In this document: piece by piece, positions 9,768 to 13,684 of the stretch
Layout of the letters: each line of letters opens with the position of its first letter
Position numbering within the stretch: position 1 is the stretch's first letter
NCBI RefSeq assembly: GCF_000150275.1
Contig: NW_002061064.1
Location: forward strand, 1-13,684
Length of the DNA: 13,684 nucleotides
Reading direction: 5' to 3'
DNA from: Trichoplax adhaerens
Taxonomy: Eukaryota; Animalia; Placozoa
Program-made: the position numbers and the translations under genes
The notes under the pieces: model-generated
What the model was told of the DNA's origin: nothing
Databases searched by the model: none
Seen by the model: the letters and a program-made list of their open reading frames with translations, nothing else

Positions 9768-12700
9768 CGGCATATGAGTCCACAAATTTGACTATCCTCG
9801 ATGAAACTGAATCTATCCACAAAAAAGGTATGAAATGCTTTGAAGAAGGCAATTATGAACAAGCTCTATTACATTACAAAGAAGCTGTTACTCAAATCCA
9901 ATCTATGTCCAAGAATAGTAATAATAATCATCACCATCAACTTGAATACGATATTTATCTCGACGTAGCCGATTGCTATTTAAGTCAATATAAACTGATA
10001 GAAGCCGATAAATGGATAAGAAATGCGAAGAAATTAGCCAAGCAACTACAAGATGGAGTGAGAATTGCAAAGTGCTTTGATAGGCAAGGGTGCATTAAAC
10101 AATTACGTGGTGATTTGAATGGAGCTTTAAAAGATTTTAACAAATCACTTAGAATAAAATCAGAATTGTCAGAAAGTGAAGATATCAATATTAGTGAGTC
10201 TTATCTTAACATTGCAAGTATTTATGATAATCAAGGCAAGTATAATGACGCTCTATCGATGTATAACAAATCACTGAGAATTCAACTAACACAACTTGGT
10301 GACAATCATCCAAGTATTGCTACGACATATCACAACATTGGTAGTGTCTATAATCATCAAGGCAAGTATGACGACGCTTTATCAATGTTTAACAAATCAC
10401 TGAAGATTGAACTAACACAACTTGCTGACAATCATCCGAGTATTGCTACGACATATCACAACATCGGTGGTGTGCATAAAGATCAAGGCAAGTATAACGA
10501 CGCTTTATCAATGTTTAACAAATCTCTGAAAATTCAACTAACACAACTTGGTGACAATCATCCAAGTATGGCTGCGACATATCACAACATTGGTAGTATC
10601 TATAATCATCAAGGCAAGTATGACGACGCTCTATCGACGTATTACAAATCACTGAAGATTAAACTAACACAACTTGGTGACAATCATCCAAGTATTGCTA
10701 CGACATATCACAACATTGGTAGTGTCTATAAAGATCAAGGCAAGTATGACGATGCTCTATCGATGTATAACAAATCACTGAAGATTATACTAACTCAGCT
10801 TGGCGACAATCATCCAAGTATTGCTGTAAGTTATAGCAATATTGGGCTAGTCTATAATGATCAAGGTAAGTATGACGACGCTCTATCGATGTATAACAAA
10901 TCACTGAAGATTAAACTAACACAACTTGGTGACAATCATCCAAGTATTGCTGCGACATATCACAACATTGGTAGTGTCTATAATCACCAAGGCAAGTATG
11001 GCGACGCTCTATCGATGTATAACAAATCTCTGAAGATTCAACTAACACAACTTGGTAACAATCATCCAAGTATTGCTGTGACATATCACAACATTGGTAG
11101 TGTCTGTAGTCATCAAGGCAAATATGACGACGCTTTATCGATGTATAACAAATCACTGAAGATTCTACAAACACAACTTGGTGACAATCATCCAAGTATT
11201 GCTGTCAGTTATGGCAATATTGGGCAAGTCTATAATGATCAAGGTAAGTATGACGACGCTCTATCGACGTATAACAAATCACTGAAGATTCTACAAACAC
11301 AACTTGGTGACAATCATCCAAGTATTGCTACGACATATCACAACATTGGTAGTGTCTATAAAGATCAAGGCAAGTATGATCACGCTCTATCAATGTATAA
11401 CAAATCACTGAAGATTAACCAAACACAACTTGGTGACAATCATCCAAGTATTGCTACGACATATCACAACATTGGTAGTGTCTATAAAGATCAAGGCAAG
11501 TATGACGACGCTCTATCAATGCAAAACAAATCACTGAAGATTCAACTAACACAACTTGGTGACAATCATCCAAGTATTGCTGTGATATATCACAACATTG
11601 GTAGTGTCTATGAAGATCAAGGCAAGTATGACAACGCTTTATCAATGTATAACAAATCACTGCAGATTCAATTATCACAACTTGGTGACAATCATCCAAG
11701 TATTGCTACGACGTATCACAACTTTGGTAGTGTCTATGAAGATCAAGGCAAGTATGACGACGCTTTGTCAATGTTTAACAAATCTCTTAAGATTAAACAA
11801 ACTCAACTTGGTAACAATCATCCAAGTATTGCTGCGAAATATCACAACATTAGTGGTGTCAATAATCATCAAGGCAACTATGATGATGCTCTATCGATGT
11901 ATAACAAATCTCTGAAGATTAACCAAACACAACTTGGTGACAATCATCCAAGTATTGCTACGACATATCACAACATTGGTAGTGTCACAAAAGATCAAGA
12001 CAAGAATGATGACGCTGTATCGATGTATAAAAAATCATTGAAGATTGACCTAACACAACTTGGTGACAATCATCCAAGTATTGCTGCGACATATCACAAC
12101 ATTGCTGGTGTCTATAATGATCAAGGCAAGCATGACAACGCTTTAGCGATGTATAACAAATCACTGAAGATTAAACTAACAAAACTTGGTGACAACCATC
12201 TAAGTATTGCTACGACATATCACAGCATTGGTAGTGTCTATAGTCATCAAGGCAAGTATGATGACGCTTTGTCGATGCATAACAAATCACTGAAGATTCA
12301 ACTAACACAACTTGGTGACAATCATCCAAGTATTGCTGTAACTTATAGCTATATTGGGCAAGTCTATAATGATCACGGTAAGTATGACGACGCTCTATCG
12401 ATGTATAACAAATCACTGAAGATTCAACTAACACAACTTGGCGACAATCATCCAAGTATCGCTATGACATATCACAATATTGGTAGTGTCTATAATTATC
12501 AAGGCAAGTATGACGACGCTCTATCAATGTATAACAAATCACTGAAGATTAAACTAACACAACTTGGTGACAATCATCCAAGTATTGCTACGACATATCA
12601 CAACATTGGTAGTGTCTATAAAGATCGAAGCAAGTATGACGACGCTCTATCGATGTATTATAAATCTCTGAAGATTAAACGATCACAACTTGGTGACAAT

Positions 12701-13684
12701 CATCCAAGTATTGCTATAACTTATAGCAATATTGGGCAAGTCTATCATCATCAAGGCAAATATGACGACGCTCTATCGATGTATAACAAATCTTTGAAGA
12801 TTCAACTAACACAACTTGGTGACAATCATCCAAGTATTGCTGCGACATATCACAACATTGGTGATACCTATTATCATCAAGGCAAGTATGACGACGCTTT
12901 ATCGATGTTTAACAAATCACTTAAGATTAACCAAACACAACTTGGTGACAATCATCCAAGTATTGCTTCGACATATCACAACATTGGTAGTGTCTATGAA
13001 GATCAAGGCAAGTATGACGCCGCTCTTTCGATGTATTACAAATCACTGAAGATTAAACTAACACAACTTGGTGACAATCATCCAAATATTGCTACGACAT
13101 ATCACAACCTTGCTGGTGTCTATTATCATCAAGGCAAGTATGACGACGCTCTATTGATGTATAACAAATCTCTGAAGATTAACCTAACACAACTTGGTGA
13201 CAATCATCCTACTATTGCTACGACATATCACAACATTGGTGGTGTCTATAATCATCAAGGCAAGTATGACGACACTGTATCGATGTATAAAAAATCACTG
13301 AAGATTCTACTAACACAACTTGGCGACAATCATCTAAGTATTGCTGCGATATATCACAGCTTTGGTAGTGTCTATAATAATCAAGGCAAGTATGACGACG
13401 CTCTATCGGTGTATTACAAATCTCTGAAGATTAAACTAACAAAACTTGGTGACAATCATCTAAGTATTGCTACGACATATCACAACATTGGTGGTGTGCA
13501 TAGTCATCAAGGCAAGTATGATGACGCTCTATTGATGTTTAACAAATCTCTGAAGATTGAACTAACACAACTTGGTAACAATCATCCAAGTATTGCTGTA
13601 ACTTATAGCAGTATTGCTGGCGTCTATAACTATCAAGGCAAGTATGACGACGCTTTATCGATGTTTTACAAATCACTGAAGATG
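9764..13684 (+). CDS. Large all-TPR solenoid protein with 42-aa TPR repeats (kinesin light chain / nephrocystin-3-like type), 3'-truncated by the window end
   Basis: ATG at 9764 lies in a good Kozak context (aacATGG) with an in-frame TGA just upstream (9758-9760). The frame is open for 3921 nt (1307 codons) to the end. It begins MAAYESTNLTILDETESIHKKGMKCFEEGNYEQALLHYKEAV...IYLDVADCYLSQYKLIEADKWIRNA...AKCFDRQGCIKQLRGDLNGALKDFNKSLRI. It then continues as repeats carrying the TPR signature Y4-I7-G8-Y11-G15-Y17-A20-Y24-S27-L28 and the KLC-type linker LGDNHPS. Frame was confirmed by locating the QGKY-position codon at 10232+126n for n=0..27. Confidence 0.95.
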   Translation, partial: MAAYESTNLTILDETESIHKKGMKCFEEGNYEQALLHYKEAVTQIQSMSKNSNNNHHHQLEYDIYLDVADCYLSQYKLIEADKWIRNAKKLAKQLQDGVRIAKCFDRQGCIKQLRGDLNGALKDFNKSLRIKSELSESEDINISESYLNIASIYDNQGKYNDALSMYNKSLRIQLTQLGDNHPSIATTYHNIGSVYNHQGKYDDALSMFNKSLKIELTQLADNHPSIATTYHNIGGVHKDQGKYNDALSMFNKSLKIQLTQLGDNHPSMAATYHNIGSIYNHQGKYDDALSTYYKSLKIKLTQLGDNHPSIATTYHNIGSVYKDQGKYDDALSMYNKSLKIILTQLGDNHPSIAVSYSNIGLVYNDQGKYDDALSMYNKSLKIKLTQLGDNHPSIAATYHNIGSVYNHQGKYGDALSMYNKSLKIQLTQLGNNHPSIAVTYHNIGSVCSHQGKYDDALSMYNKSLKILQTQLGDNHPSIAVSYGNIGQVYNDQGKYDDALSTYNKSLKILQTQLGDNHPSIATTYHNIGSVYKDQGKYDHALSMYNKSLKINQTQLGDNHPSIATTYHNIGSVYKDQGKYDDALSMQNKSLKIQLTQLGDNHPSIAVIYHNIGSVYEDQGKYDNALSMYNKSLQIQLSQLGDNHPSIATTYHNFGSVYEDQGKYDDALSMFNKSLKIKQTQLGNNHPSIAAKYHNISGVNNHQGNYDDALSMYNKSLKINQTQLGDNHPSIATTYHNIGSVTKDQDKNDDAVSMYKKSLKIDLTQLGDNHPSIAATYHNIAGVYNDQGKHDNALAMYNKSLKIKLTKLGDNHLSIATTYHSIGSVYSHQGKYDDALSMHNKSLKIQLTQLGDNHPSIAVTYSYIGQVYNDHGKYDDALSMYNKSLKIQLTQLGDNHPSIAMTYHNIGSVYNYQGKYDDALSMYNKSLKIKLTQLGDNHPSIATTYHNIGSVYKDRSKYDDALSMYYKSLKIKRSQLGDNHPSIAITYSNIGQVYHHQGKYDDALSMYNKSLKIQLTQLGDNHPSIAATYHNIGDTYYHQGKYDDALSMFNKSLKINQTQLGDNHPSIASTYHNIGSVYEDQGKYDAALSMYYKSLKIKLTQLGDNHPNIATTYHNLAGVYYHQGKYDDALLMYNKSLKINLTQLGDNHPTIATTYHNIGGVYNHQGKYDDTVSMYKKSLKILLTQLGDNHLSIAAIYHSFGSVYNNQGKYDDALSVYYKSLKIKLTKLGDNHLSIATTYHNIGGVHSHQGKYDDALLMFNKSLKIELTQLGNNHPSIAVTYSSIAGVYNYQGKYDDALSMFYKSLKM
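10190..13684 (+). repeat. Coding tandem array of 28 units of exactly 126 bp (first unit partly diverged, last truncated)
   Basis: The anchor caaggcaagtat (or a close variant) occurs at 10232, 10358, 10484 ... 13508, 13634, with a constant 126-nt spacing and no indels. Confidence 0.98.

Noticed and set aside
9629-10188. Minus-strand ORFs 9629-9862 and 9985-10188
   Set aside because: Antisense shadows of the TPR gene 5' end.
10911-13049. ORF-track ORFs 10911-11195(-), 11454-11699(-), 11598-11915(+), 12210-12455(-), 12816-13049(+)
   Set aside because: These are shadow frames of the 126-bp TPR array. They are broken by stops, while the TPR frame stays open throughout.
10190-13684. CRISPR array or diversity-generating retroelement interpretation
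   Set aside because: The units are contiguous coding repeats without unique spacers. No cas or RT gene and no template/variable repeat pair are visible, and the context is eukaryotic.
10190-13684. True TALE or PPR protein
   Set aside because: The unit is 42 aa with a full TPR signature. It lacks the TALE consensus (LTPxQVVAIAS..GGKQAL) and the 35-aa PPR length, so the dyad resemblance is an analogy only.
9764-13684. Gene symbol KLC or NPHP3
   Set aside because: Only the repeat type is shared. The KLC coiled coil and the NPHP3 N-terminal/NTPase regions are absent, and the repeat count is much higher.

Overview
AT-rich eukaryotic genomic DNA. Positions 1-9.7 kb are mostly non-coding and include a 361-nt assembly gap (7678-8038). 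The main feature is one uninterrupted + strand ORF from 9764 that runs off the window end (>=1307 codons) and is absent from the ORF track. It encodes about 3 degenerate N-terminal TPRs followed by 28 tandem, indel-free 126-bp (42-aa) TPR units, consensus IATTYHNIGSVYxxQGKYDDALSMYNKSLKIxLTQLGDNHPS, of the kinesin-light-chain/nephrocystin-3-like type. From memory this repeat resembles the expanded TPR family of placozoans (Trichoplax); that is an inference, not a search result. The repeat framework is nearly invariant, while variation concentrates at TPR positions 2, 5, 9, 12-13, 24 and 31. The array also has two interleaved repeat subtypes and a higher-order duplication offset by 10 units, as expected for a recombination-diversified, variable-specificity receptor. 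The upstream DNA contains Helitron-end-like repeats, a MITE-like inverted-repeat cluster, a short (TAACCC)n tract, a diverged ~162-bp tandem triplication, GTAC palindromes, and low-confidence relics of a TIR-like domain and a non-LTR retroelement.
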